A DNA stretch of 60,055 bases, filler included, from Catajapyx aquilonaris (lineage: Eukaryota), in assembly GCA_000934665.2 (NCBI GenBank). It is 2 parts of 2 records of this genome, joined end to end, with 100 filler letters (N's around TTAATTAATTAA, not from the genome) between each part and the next. Parts side by side here need not be neighbours in the genome. Positions count along the whole stretch, not along the records: positions 1 to 29,982 come from JYFJ02004706.1; 1 more part is not named here. The stretch is one strand, 5' to 3'. Below the pieces are notes generated by a model. The model searched no databases. It worked only from the letters and a program-made list of their open reading frames with translations, and had not been told where the DNA came from. The translations under genes and the position numbers were made by a program. The first letter of the stretch is position 1; each line of letters starts with the position of its first letter. Of the stretch, positions 1-12,800 are shown one piece after another.

Positions 1-3000
1 GAATTGGTGCTCTTGTAGTTTTACATAGTTTTTATAAAAATAAAATGAACCGCCTGAAACTGCCTCTCTGTATGATTTACTGGTAACATTTGACATATGT
101 GCCCACATGGGATCCTTATACATGCTGCTACACTTTGAAAGAATATTCAACAGTTGTGCAGTCGCATTAGCTGCTTCTGCACTGGTATTTCTTATCTTGC
201 CCAACATCCTTCCACAGGGTGAATTTAACTGTGGCAACTATTTTGTACAGTACATCTGTGCGTCTGGTTCTGTGGTCTATTGGGTCGCCTCGTTATTCAG
301 AAAATGGGCCGATGTGTAGTCTGTACAGTGGGCAACCCAGTGAGAGGCCCTGTCTTCACTAGTCATTAAAGTCCTGTATATACAAGCCGCATCGGATCAT
401 TAAACGCGCCTATAGTACAGTGCATTTTATTGGATTGTACAGTTCAGTGACCATAACTTTTTCTGAGGGCGGCTTATAGGTACAGTACACGGAACATTGT
501 AGAGAGAAGCAACGACTAATATGTTACATTCGGAAGTATTCGAGATTGACTATCCGTATTGTTGCACAACAGTGTAACACGAAAGTTTGCAATTTCAGAC
601 AGCTTTCCTCAACACTGAGGCGTGCTTGAATGCGGGATTACCTGAGATGATGTCAGGAATAGCAGCCGCCTGGAAGATAGTTCCAGGCACAAACTGGAGT
701 GATGCTCGAATGATGTACCTGCTACTCATACCTCCTGACCTAACCCAAGTGCAGGCAAGTTGGAAATTCTAGGGTATAGAGAACGTCAACATGTGTGTGT
801 AACACTGTAACTACACAAAGCCAGGTAAAGCTTGTTATAGTCTGGACGCTGAATTTTGCATTGTTGTAATTTATTTTAACACGCTGTATAAAATAGCTTC
901 TAGCGAGATGTACCTTTACTGCTATTGTGAAATTATAATTATTAGTATAAGTCAATCACATCACAGAATTATTCGGTTGATGTAAACAATCACGTTGTTT
1001 TGCTCTATTTTGTTTCGGCATGTCTTTAGGTTATTATGAAGCTCAAGTGGAAAAGTTATCAAAAATGTACGGCGTATATTAACGACTCAAATTTAATTCA
1101 AAATTGGGTAGAATTTTTATATATGCCAAAAAAGGTCAAATGTGGCTCATTTATGATCCACACTGCGAATCGCTAAACTTCTAATTTCCAAAAATTGGCA
1201 TATAGCTTGTAAGTTGCTAATTGTGACATCCACATTATTATGCAAACAAAAAGCACAAAAGGTAACAAATATTACTGTATCTTGCTTTAATCGGCGCCTG
1301 TTTTGTGTGACCATATTACAATGATAATTTCTCCTCCATAATTGGCCCTAATTGCATTACGTTATTGTGTACCGCTTCTGTTTAATTTAAGCCCCTTTAT
1401 AATACAATGCATCAAAATGCACACTGGCCCCTACTGATAACAAACTAGGGCAGCTCGTGTCACCGCTTGTACACAAACTCTCTCATTGGCTCGTCTCTCC
1501 CACATCAAATTACAGAAAAGTTAAATATGGAACCAAAATCAAAACACAGCGTCAATGGTTCATCTGACTGATAACATTCCTATCGCAGGGAATTTGCCAG
1601 TGGGAAAATATGTGCAACTGAACATCTGCTCTGTAAGCTATACATTTCAGCTGCACTCTGATGTTACTGTCCTGTTGTGCTCAAGCACACCACTAATGCT
1701 TTAGAGAAGCTTCTTACTGCAACATTTTCTCTTGTCCAACGTTGGTTTCTCCGTCACTTCTAATAAACCGAGGAGAACGACCTGTCTTTTCGGATTAGTT
1801 GGGCGCGTTCTATATTAGAAACAAAAGCAATTCCCAGTGTACATGAAACAGAAACCACTACCGTTTTCTTGAGAGGCACACCTGAGCATCGCATTTATTA
1901 GACAGCAGGCGTTGAAATTAACGAGCGATTTTTTTTGCTCATATTCAAAGGGCTTTCCTGTTCTTGGATGCAACAATAGGGCCCTCCATTAACGGAGCTT
2001 GCTTATGAAAAGAAGTGCTCGCTTTGAGGTGAGGCATTGATTAACGCGGTTTGTTTTCAAATATTCTGTGCTGGATTTGTATAAGAAAAAGGACAGGAAC
2101 CTCACACGGTGTTTCAAAACAAACTTATTATGAAGCACCATGTAGTGTACATACCATCTCTAATTGCGATGTCAGAAGGTACTGTACGCGTGTTTGACTT
2201 TTCGCTCTGGAACACCTTCCGTTCGTGGTAATATTTCAGGGGTTTACTATTCGCTAGCACTGAGGACTAACTGGTAAGTAGAGTGCTTAAAGTGGATTAT
2301 TCAATATGCAAAACGTGGTCGAAGCATATTAACCGGGTTCAAGGCAAATAAATCCACGGACAGCATTAGTCTGTACTCATGGGGGCACCCTTTTTTGAGG
2401 CCAAATTAATGGACCGCATTCCTAAGGGAAATGAGGCGAAATTGAGGGAGAATTCCGAAATGGCACAAAGTGTTGCAATTTCCTTGCACGTACGGTACTA
2501 TTAGTCTATTACGCCCAACTACCAATTTATATGTGTACTTGCTGTTGTAAAATAAAGTCAACACATTATTTTCATCTATAACAAATTGCATCGCTTAAAA
2601 ATTCATTGCCATTCAAAATTCATCAAAATCAGTATAATTTAAATAAACACTACTTAATGTTCATAAACATGTGTACTGCATTAAGTGGAGAGTAGTATAT
2701 CGCAATAATTATTACTGTGGCTAATATGTCAAATGCACATAGAACAAACATGGCAGCATAATGAACAACACTGCTCATTACATTATTACAAATATTATTT
2801 TGTGTCTGCTTACATAGCTGAACAATGGTAGAAATTGCTTTTCCGTCCGCATATTTTGCTCGGTGATTTATCAAGACTGCATTAATGAAGCGATCGTAAT
2901 GTGACGAGTGTTTAAGAGACAGAGATGAAGCATGGCATTTCCATTAGCCCTGAAAGTTTGCCATTTGCATACATAAGGTGAAGACCAGCCTTAGCGTCTC

Positions 3001-4020
3001 CGGAAGTTACAATTTCCTCCTTGGCTCCGCCGCTGTTTAGCATCCAGATTTTGCCCTTAAGTCAAGGGCGGGATGGAATCGGAAAACCATCGCCTATTCA
3101 CAAATATGATTTATTGCTCCGTCTCTCACAAAGTACAAAAATCGTGTTCAAGTTGCCTTTGCCAATGCAGTTGCACAACTTGTGCAAAAAGATTCTGTGA
3201 AGCGTGACGTTACGAATAATCCCACACTCTTTGACTCACCGTATGTCATAATACTCATAAATTGATATTACATTTTTACTATTTTTGGGCCAAACGTTAT
3301 GCAAGTTGTAGGCTACTTTAATGATAAGCCGATTGAAGCCTTGATTTTCAGCCTCTTGTGAGCCGATCTGCACCAGCATCATCCCATAGAGACTTCGCCA
3401 CTTGGGAAAAGTTTAGCGAGTTATCGTACGTGCTTTTGTGGGGGTTTTCCCCCGGATTATTACATTTCATCCCTCATGCAAAAAAATCGGCATGTTAAAG
3501 TACTTGCAATTTTACATCAGGCATGTTCTTACAGTACCGGTACCGGAATGTTCCCAATTATTGCAAGCCTAAAAATATTCGCTTTATAGTTTATACTGCT
3601 TATTTTTGAGCAGTTTTTGTTGATTTCTGTTAGATCTGCCCAGAACACATGGCGCATTCTGCATACGTGCGATGGTTCATCTAGAAATGCGACGCAGTTC
3701 CATGGAAAATAATAGAGCAGATTTGCCGCATCAGGGCTGTTTGCATTTGAGCCGCGTGGACATTGATGGGGCTTGTGGGGCATGAGGGGCATACTATAGA
3801 AGTAGAATGGCATGCTCCAAATTTGCACAAAGTTGGGATGAAGTTGTGAGACTCGAGGAGAAAAAGAGGAGAGAAAAAAATGTTGCAATTCCTCAACTCA
3901 TTAAGCCAAGCATTAAGCCATGTTCGTTAAGGGCTGAGCAGGGGCCTTGAAATGTTATCCTAGCTGCTGAACAAACTTGTCCGAAAAGCTTACCCGAATA
4001 GAACCCAATTGGACCATCTG

Positions 4021-4181
4021 TACAGGGTGCTGTAAAAGCAGTAAAACGTCAAACCGCGTTATAACTGAACCCGCGGATAACTGGTGCTCACTTCCAGTTA
4101 TCTGTTAGAAATATTTTGTTACGAATTTCAGCATGGAGTAAAAATTCCCTGAGTTACACTTGTGTTTAGGGACACCCTGTA
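4021..4181. mobile_element. Tc1/mariner-type MITE remnant
   Basis: Ends TA-CAGGGTG (4021) and CACCCTG-TA (4181): short TIR with TA target duplication. Confidence 0.5.
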
Positions 4182-6719
4182 GCCGCCTGATGTTGATCCA
4201 GAAGTGCTGGATGCCAGCACTAATTTGGTGGCCAATTGGTCACGCCAGAATGAGTCTCCTATGTGTGGTTTTCCAGTTGAGCCCCTTATACCAAACCAAC
4301 AAAAAAGGAATCCACAAACTCATCAATCTGAAGAGAGATTAATCTTGAAAGTCAGTCGGTGTGTGTAGGAAGTAAAGCTTCTCTCTCAAAATGAAATGCC
4401 AGCTTGCTTTGCTTTTTTCTGACTCTCAATACGGTTTTCTTTTTTTAAAACTAAAAATTCACGGCTTTGTTACCACGAAAGCGATTTGCGCTTCTTCTGG
4501 AAGAGTTGGTTTCAGCCGAGAATATTCATGGCGCTGCGGCAATGCAGATGATATTCAGTCTGGATGGAGAAAATGTCCCTGGCTTTATTAGGTACAGGCA
4601 TGTAGCTTCGGGTATGACAACGCATTAATCAAAACCCGGCTTGATTGCATGTACAGCATTGCAGTTTGATAAACTTGGTGTGTACCCTGCATCACGGACA
4701 CGTGACAATAATTTATCACATTTGACGGGAGGTTTGCATGTTACTTGGTAATTCGGATGGTCGGTGCGGTGACACATGCGGATGCTATTAAGGCTCTTTG
4801 TGTGCCAAAAGTTAATAATTTCCCATAATTTGATATACTGATTTAATCTGCATTATACGCTGTATTTGGTATTGTATTAACATTTATTTTATGATAATGT
4901 GCGCTATTACACAAACATTTGATGAATCCACCCCTGGTTGCTATCTACAGTATAAATCTACGCATTTGTGTTGCGAATGCTTGGTTGTGTAAAAATAATT
5001 TCAAAAAAGAGCAAACAAGCTTAGGACTGGAATTAAATTTTTTGTGGGTCGAGCTGGCGCGTCATATCCATAATTACAGGGTAAAATTCAAATGCGGAAT
5101 AGAAGCGACGGGCTGAGTTTGGAATTAGCACCTGCTAACTTCAGGCAATGGGACAAAAAAAGTGAGTTTTGACTTTTTCCAGGACATTTATGAAATGTTT
5201 GCACCGTGTGTGAATTTTTCGGTAATTTGTTCGGTCTGTTGCAGAGGTCTTTAAAAAAAGTTTCTGCACAAAATCTGGGATCTGAACCAACTGGTATAAT
5301 CGCCATCAATAAGGACATAATGAGCACTTGAGAGTAAGCTACTTAAAGCTTCTTCGAGCAGGAACGAACTGTCGACTCAGTCAGTCTGGAAAATTAACTG
5401 AATTATTGTATGCAGATTGTCTTTGTTCTCCCTGCAAATATCTATTACCGGCTCTGAATCCTCACACAGCTCTGATCGTTAATTAAAACCATACACCTGC
5501 AGCCTAACTTCCTAGTGCAAGATCACATAAGCTCACACTGAAAGTGTTTCAATTGAAATATCATGGGTGGATTATGTTTATGGCACTAAGCAACAATTGC
5601 TGAAATTAGACCGATGTGAGACATCATTGAATTGCAATGAAATTCCGATTGGCCATCGAACGCCAATGACTAATTTTTTTTCGCATGGACCACTTAACCT
5701 AATATTTACAACTCATACATTGGATAACCATTCAATAAGCAGCTTAGAGCAAAAAATTGTTATTCAGGATGGACATTGCTGTGGGAACACCCTGTGTATA
5801 AAATGGTGTCAAACCACTCGTATAGGCCTAGAGAGTAATAATAACTAGGCGTGTGCCTTCTTCTCTCTTGCATTTGCGCTGCAGGCTTGTCGGAGAGGCA
5901 ACGAAAATCAATGTATGAAGTAGGCTTAACCTTAACCTACGGCCAGAATATCCAGCGTTACATTCACTGTCTTGTTGGTACCAGGAAATAAGACGATGCA
6001 AGCATTTCCCAGCCACCGATTTTCGAATGAGCAACAGCATTGTACTGTACAGTTCAGGGCTATCCCATTACGAGCCTAGCCCTTGTAGCTACTAATGGCC
6101 CATAACATTAACATATGATATGAGCTTATCTTGTTATTTCAGAGTAATGCTTTCCCTATGCTATTACAGGGCACTGAATATTGAATGTAAATACCAATCT
6201 CAATATGCAATCAGAAAACTCAATTACATTAACAGTGCTGGGATTTTTTTCCAGTTGTTTCCAATATAACTGCGGTTAGCGGTTATGTCGGGTGTAATTT
6301 TTTTAAATTGCATGCAATGCATGCAAGTCAGATGGTTGCACAGGACACGTTGACTTCCGATGAATGAGGATGGGGGACTTGCAGCAGGCAAATTGCCGCT
6401 GCCTTTTCTCCCAAAGGACTCCTGTGATGTCCAGCTCAGACCCACTTTTTTTGCTGCTGTCCCGCTTCATGGCCTGTCTAATTAGACCTCCGTCCAGAGG
6501 AGACATGCCTCAAATATGGCGCAGAGTTGGCCATAAAGGGGATGCTCCAATATCCAGATTCACCCGACTGACTGATGCAGAAACCCGAACTTGCGACATG
6601 GAAAAGTGGTCGGCAATAAAAGTTAACAATGTTAAAGTGAAGCACGGAATTATGAAATATGCTCCACTTCATACCAGCGCATTGGTCGACCTCGTTTTAT
6701 ACCGGCATGCCTCAATATT

Positions 6720-7100
6720 CAAAGTTATTAGCTGCTAATAACAAGTTTAGCTGTTAAATATATGAATTAGCTCCTTATTTGTAACAGTTATTTTTACAAT
6801 TCACACCAATTTAAAAAACAACTACACTAATTTTTTGGTAGTTGCTATTTTCTGAATTAGCTGCTACCTGTTATTTTCATAATTAACCGTTACTAAGCTG
6901 TAGCCATTAGCTTAGTTATAGCTGCTAATTTACAGCTGTTAGCTACTGAGTTATCGTATATTTGTTGTTTTCATAATGACCCATCAGTTACTATAAGTTA
7001 TAGCTGTTATCTACTAATTATAAGTTGTTAGTTACTAACTCATAGCTGTTAGTTACTACGTTATAGCCGTTATTTTCAATATTTTGCTGTAAAAGTTGTA
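6720..7100. repeat. Degenerate array of short TAGCTG/GTTAGC motifs, probably the subterminal repeats of a decayed DNA transposon
   Basis: Many AGCTGTTA/GTTAGCT/AGTTA variants; the same motifs fill the MITE at 41347-41571. Confidence 0.45.
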
Positions 7101-8714
7101 TTAGTTTACAATTTATGTACTGGTTGCTCGTTCGTAAAGATAAGTAGGATAATAGCTGTACATGTAGGCTATACTAGTAATGCCTGCGGCTGCACGTACA
7201 TTTTATTAGCCAAGAATATTATTAGAAGCGACGCTATGTCATTCCCCCCCCCCNCCCCCCCCCCCCACCTGTCCCTGCAGGCCAAACACCCATCGATTTT
7301 CACATTTGAAAAATTCCTTCCACATTTTCCCGTCCCATCGGCTCACATGTGCTTTTTCGCCGGATTGGCCCTCAACAATGAACCAGGGAAAGAGAGAGGA
7401 AAAAATAAGCTCGAAAGTGGCGTGCCATTGGCCAATCCCGGATTAAAAATCAGGGATTACATCTGATACGACCCAGGTTTTCCACTCTGCTCGCTCTGAT
7501 AATGTTCGCTCCGGATTTTTTTTTTAAAAAAAGGAGGGGCTGCTTAGGAAAGCCTCCCGGATTAATTAATCACCTGAAGCGAATAAGCTGATGAGAAGAA
7601 AATTGTCGCCAGGTTGAAAGGTCAGGTCATGACCTAGCCGCTTTTTTGGGGGGGAAGGATAGGCGCATGTATTGGAGGCTCCGGAGCGGGCCAATCCGGG
7701 GAGTGCCTCGTGTCCGTGTGAGGTTCAAAGGGTGGAGGGGGAATAGTGCTGGGGGTGCGAGGGGAGGGGGGCCCTTTAGTTTCGGCTTGGCCTGCACGTG
7801 AGATAGGCGCTGTTTGCTCCCAGATCCTATTTCAGAGGACTTGGCACTGTTTTGTTGGAACACTGTATTGTGCGGTGCTTGATTGAGTCGATGAGGGACT
7901 GTCCGAGTGTACCAATTTGAGACCGGACAAAAGGGTGAGTTGGACACACAAAGAAATTATTCGCAGTAGTATACTGTTTATTCTATGATAGAACAGCTGT
8001 GCATTTTTAAAGTTATCATTCTATCGTTAGGTCGATATGTTGACTTTGCGAGTGAATCGCTCTCAATCGTTATTATATTAGCGGCATGCGGCAGGAAGAA
8101 CCACGTTTGCAAAAGCACGGGTCGTGTTATCTCGGTTTTCAGCAGGAAGCTACACTGTGTCGGAAAACTTGTTCAAGAATGTGTCAATAAAATTAGCCCC
8201 GGAGGCTAATGTGTTGGCACATAATGTGCGTTAACGCCTGATCGATGTTTCGATTCATTTATGAAGTTCCGATATATTGCGATGTAGTGTTGGACATGTC
8301 CTGAAGGTAACTCCACAGGTGTTTTTGGATGCGTGCCAATTCGTTCCGGCTTAACACCTTCGATGACAATATTCGCACTGGGAGTCGCCTGTGGAATACT
8401 TCACGCTGATTCTATGATATGATGACCCCCCCAGCCATTTACACCCATGTCACGCACAGTCTGCAAAAAATATATATATTTTAGGCTGAGATAACACTGC
8501 AAATTGGCACCGATCCTGCCGTAATGACATGGTATCCGGCGTCGTTTGCACAGCCCATGCACAAAAGCCGCGCGTCATTTATTATAGCGATAATGGACAG
8601 CTAATATGTTGCGGAGAAGCGAAAAAAACCTGTCGGATATTGCATGTCGCTGGCAACACACCTTTGTGCGTCTGACACTGACTGATTGGTCTTTTCCCAG
8701 CAGAAGACCATACC

Positions 8715-8911
8715 ATGGACGGGTGCGCTCCGAAGCTAAGTGGTCGGACCATCCGACGAAAGAGGCTGGTCCGATCCGAAAGAGTGTACGACACCGCACA
8801 CTTCGGATGGGACGCCATCATCAGGGATTCGCTGGTCAACTTTGCTTGGCCAATGTCCCTCAGCGTGGACGTCAGCGTACACGACGAAGATCCCTTCAGC
8901 ATTCGGGCCAG
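8715..8911 (+). CDS. Candidate first coding exon of an unidentified multi-exon gene (MDGCAPKLSGRTIRRKRLVRSERVYDTAHFGWDAIIRDSLVNFAWPMSLSVDVSVHDEDPFSIRA...)
   Basis: CTGAC branch-like motifs and TCTTTTCCCAG acceptor ending at 8700; ATG in ACCATGG context at 8715; GC-rich open frame; CAG|GTCAGG donor after 8911 (phase 2). No downstream exon found. Confidence 0.5.
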
Positions 8912-9779
8912 GTCAGGAATTATTTTTAATTGTCATACCCTCATTATTGAAATGGTCGCTAACAGGCGAATACAAAACAGGACGTCCGGGTCCAATATTT
9001 GATTTCCAATCATTTGTACCTTTGACCTACCGCATAATCAATCATGTGCATATTCGGTCATAATAATTATGCTACTATTTTTAATCCGACGGGCAGGCCA
9101 TAGTAGCTGCGGGCAACATCCATTATTTTAACAATGTGCAGAAGTGTTTGTACGCTACATTTCATTGTTGTTCGTCGCGAAATTTGGCTCCAACATCAGA
9201 TTAAACCCCAGAAGTTAAGGCGCAGAATGAAGATTGAAGAGGGTATTGCAAATGGGTCAATGACGTTCCGGTACATTAACGGCCGGGGATACATTACCAT
9301 CAATAACTCCGGCTGTCCTGACTTTCGAGCCCAATTTACTACCGGTTCAATAATTATCTAGGTGACTTCAAAAGACGCGAATCCTGGATTATTCCGGATT
9401 CCTGCAAACACCCCGCGGAGATTTTGCGACAGTCCGCGGTATTTTTTAAAAAAAGTATGAAAAATGGGTGAGGTCACACATGCCTGGGGTAATTAGCATT
9501 TTACGTCCTGCGTGAATAGAATTTATGTCGGACTCCAGCCCTGCTCTGATGATGAAATTTGTGCTGGCGCCATGGCCTCCCTACATTAACATCATAATGG
9601 GATGCACAAAATGCTGAAGAATACGCCTGCCAATTAGCGCCTCTCTAGAAAGCTTTTTATTATTATTTAAAACTGGGAAGGGGCAGACTCATCAATATTG
9701 GTTTTAATGGTTGCTGGATAATAGTATACCCGAAAAATTGTGCAGCAAATTCGCAATTTAGCAACATGGGGTCGAATTT

Positions 9780-9835
9780 TCGTTCCACTGCTAGGTACTG
9801 CTAAGTTAGCAGTACCTAACAGTGGGATGAAATGC
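9780..9835. repeat. Near-perfect palindrome, MITE-like remnant
   Basis: CCACTGCTAGGTACTGCTAA-G-TTAGCAGTACCTAACAGTGG. Confidence 0.6.
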
Positions 9836-12800
9836 GATTTAAAATTGAAATTTAAACGTGGCTATATGAACCAGCCCAAGTTCATTTCCCTGGAGCTTTA
9901 TTATTATTCTGCAATACATGTCACCGACGCGAGATAACATGGGCCAAAATTTCCTATTTTCGCGACTCGTGCTGTCTTTTTCGCCAAACACGGCGACCCT
10001 TTTCCCCAAGTTTTGCAAAAACTTTTTGGCACCGAGATGTCCTCTCTCTCTCTCTCTCTCTCGCCCTTTATAAATAATTCATGACTTACATCATATACTC
10101 CAGTGAGCAAGATTTACCATAACCCACTGCTTTTCTTTGCGAAAATTTCATATAAGCCTTTAAAGGTAGCCTTGACACTGGCTGGAGTTTAGAGTACATG
10201 CAATTAACCCCCAGCAATGGAGGCTTCAGTGTTTAATCTGCTCTTCGACGGTGTACACACTTTATGCAAACTGTTGCCTTCATAATGCACAAAGTCGTCC
10301 GCGGGAAATCCGCTTGATACTCGTGTTCCAGCTTCAGCCACTGCGTAATATTTACCTTAAGGCAATCATACTGTAGGTGATGTAGATTAAGAATTATTAC
10401 AATTTTGCAATAAATTGGCATATGTAGGATCAACAGATGATGTGCAAGATGTCTAATAATATTGTAGATAATAAATTGAATTCATGTACCTGTCAAAAAT
10501 CGTCTTTTAACGTAATTATTGATTAATAGGCGACTCGGCGACTGCTCAATTAGCCATCTTTTTCTTCGAAATTTGATTACTAAAATCCGCTTGATTCGCA
10601 AGGAAATTGCTTGCATATGGCGCATAGAGAATGTTTTTGCTATTCTTCTGGCGTGGCTTTTTATCTGGGTATATAGCCTGCACCGAGATAATCGAAGAGG
10701 TTGCTTCCTGCAAAGTGTGATGCGAGAAGGTTCCTTTTCCTTTGCGCTGTCCCATGAATATTGAGTGTCCCAAAGGCAAACACCGGCTATGAACACGATA
10801 GTCCCTTATACTCCTCCGGCCATTTTTCCGCATCCAGTGGAATAAGTGCAGGCTCATGAATATTTCTGCGAATTGCCATGTGCATGACAATAGAGGTGGT
10901 TTGCGATATAGATGATTCTATCTTCAGTGTTTGGTTTGCTTCATCGATATCCGTGCTTCTGTTTGCGAGTGTTGATGGGACATTAGCGCTTAGGGGCACA
11001 AGAGAGACCTACACAACAACCTCCCCACGTCCTCCTTATCTGTTGGAGAGCAGTGTTGGGAGCTTCATTGTGAATTAAAGATAAGGAGAGGCTCGAGAAG
11101 GAAGCGCGCAATGGAGAGCGTTATTGGGAGGAGTCGAGTGGTTTGCACTATAGAGAAGGAATAGGAGTATGTCTTAATTGCAGGAGGAGGTCAGACACAG
11201 AAGGTGAATGCAAATAAATTATCAAAAGGAAAGGTGTCCCAAAGGAAAGTGAAACAAGGTTATTTTCAGAGAAGTAGCAGTACTGTACAGAAGTTCTGTT
11301 TGGGTGAGTTCGTAGATATCTAAAGTAATATGGGCAAATAAAATCTGGGCTGTCTGTAAGACATGTTAATTGGTGCTTAAATTATCAGCAATAGGATAAT
11401 GCTGAAGTGCTGTAAGAGTGAAAGGAGAGCCAAAATAGACGAAATTATTGTATTGGACGAAATGCGCTGTTCGTCTAGCAATAACTCTGTGCAGTAGCAT
11501 TTGAACGGCTTCCACGAGTCTTCAAAATAATAGCGGGCATCCTTCTCCAGAAATAGAACACGCAATGAAAAAAATATCATCCTCTTATTACATAACCTGG
11601 TCGTACATCGAGGACTTCCGTAACTATATAGACACCGACTCTAAGGTCACATTGCATTTTTTTTGTTCATTCTGGGCTCATTCAATTCAGTCGGACCTTC
11701 CTTTTTTTATGTTACACGGACCGCATAATCCTGCATCTCGTTGCCATGGAAGCAGCAGGCGGTTTTATACGAACAGAAATTCTCATTCATGTCGACCCGC
11801 GTGCAATCCCGGAATGGGGAAAGATCTCTGTAAATCAGGGCGTCAAGAATTGACGTCATCAGCATGTAAGACGGATCCATTACTCCTCAAGAATCTATTC
11901 ATTCAAACAGGAAAATTATAGTGACGTCACACGCCATTTAATTGTTGACAATCATTGTTGCCTTACTATTTGGTTGAATGAATAAAATACGTTGAGTTTG
12001 ACCGTTTTCTTCGTGATCAACCGATATTTGGGGGACGAATTTCGCGTCACCAAGCTGCAGTTATTATCTCTTAACTCGAGGTTGGTGGAATCGTCCTTAT
12101 TATTTCAAGTCCAGTTTAACCCTGGACTCGAACGGATCAATGTTTTCAGCCTTTGATCTTTTTTTTCTTAAAGCAGCTGGTCTAAAAGGCACAGAGGCAA
12201 AGAATGTTTGCAATTTTGGGGTATCCAGTGGTCAAGAAGTTCTTAACCAAGAACTGGCATATAATGCTCAGTAGGCCTACACTACCGTCCATTCGGAGCA
12301 AGTTGGAAGCGTCTCAGAGATTAGGATCGATTAGGAACATCCTCACAGAAGGAGAAAATAAAAGGATGGGCCTTTACCCTCCACTTTTTTTCCCCTCTCT
12401 CTTGGTTTCCTTTTCTACTGTTCTCAGATATATCCTCGCAGATTTAGTTTCCACCATATACCTGTGGGAAATGGGTGGTTATCCTTCTCCAGGTTGTAGC
12501 ACAGGCTTTAGACATTGATCCACTGTAATCCTACTTCACAAAATAATGTGTACTATACAGTATTATTTTTGTCCTAACGAAATTGCTGAATTAATTTTCT
12601 TACCGAGACAGTAATAAGCTGTGGTCAAATTTTTTGTACATTTCTGTACTCAGCAAGGTTCTAAATTAATCTCAATGTCTGTATCCTGCGCATATGAAGT
12701 TTCCAGAAGCATATTTCAAAAGTGGGTAACCCAGGCATGTGGTATGCAGGCAAAGGTTCATTAAAGTCTGCATGTGCACAAACATGTGCGATATTTTTTT

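Noticed and set aside
7170..7200. Helitron-like 3' end (GC-rich stretch then CTAGT on the minus strand)
   Set aside because: Imperfect hairpin and no matching 5' end found.
11040..11290. Possible decayed LINE 3' end (KTYSYSFSIVQTTRLL on the minus strand)
   Set aside because: Only a faint motif resemblance; too degraded to call.
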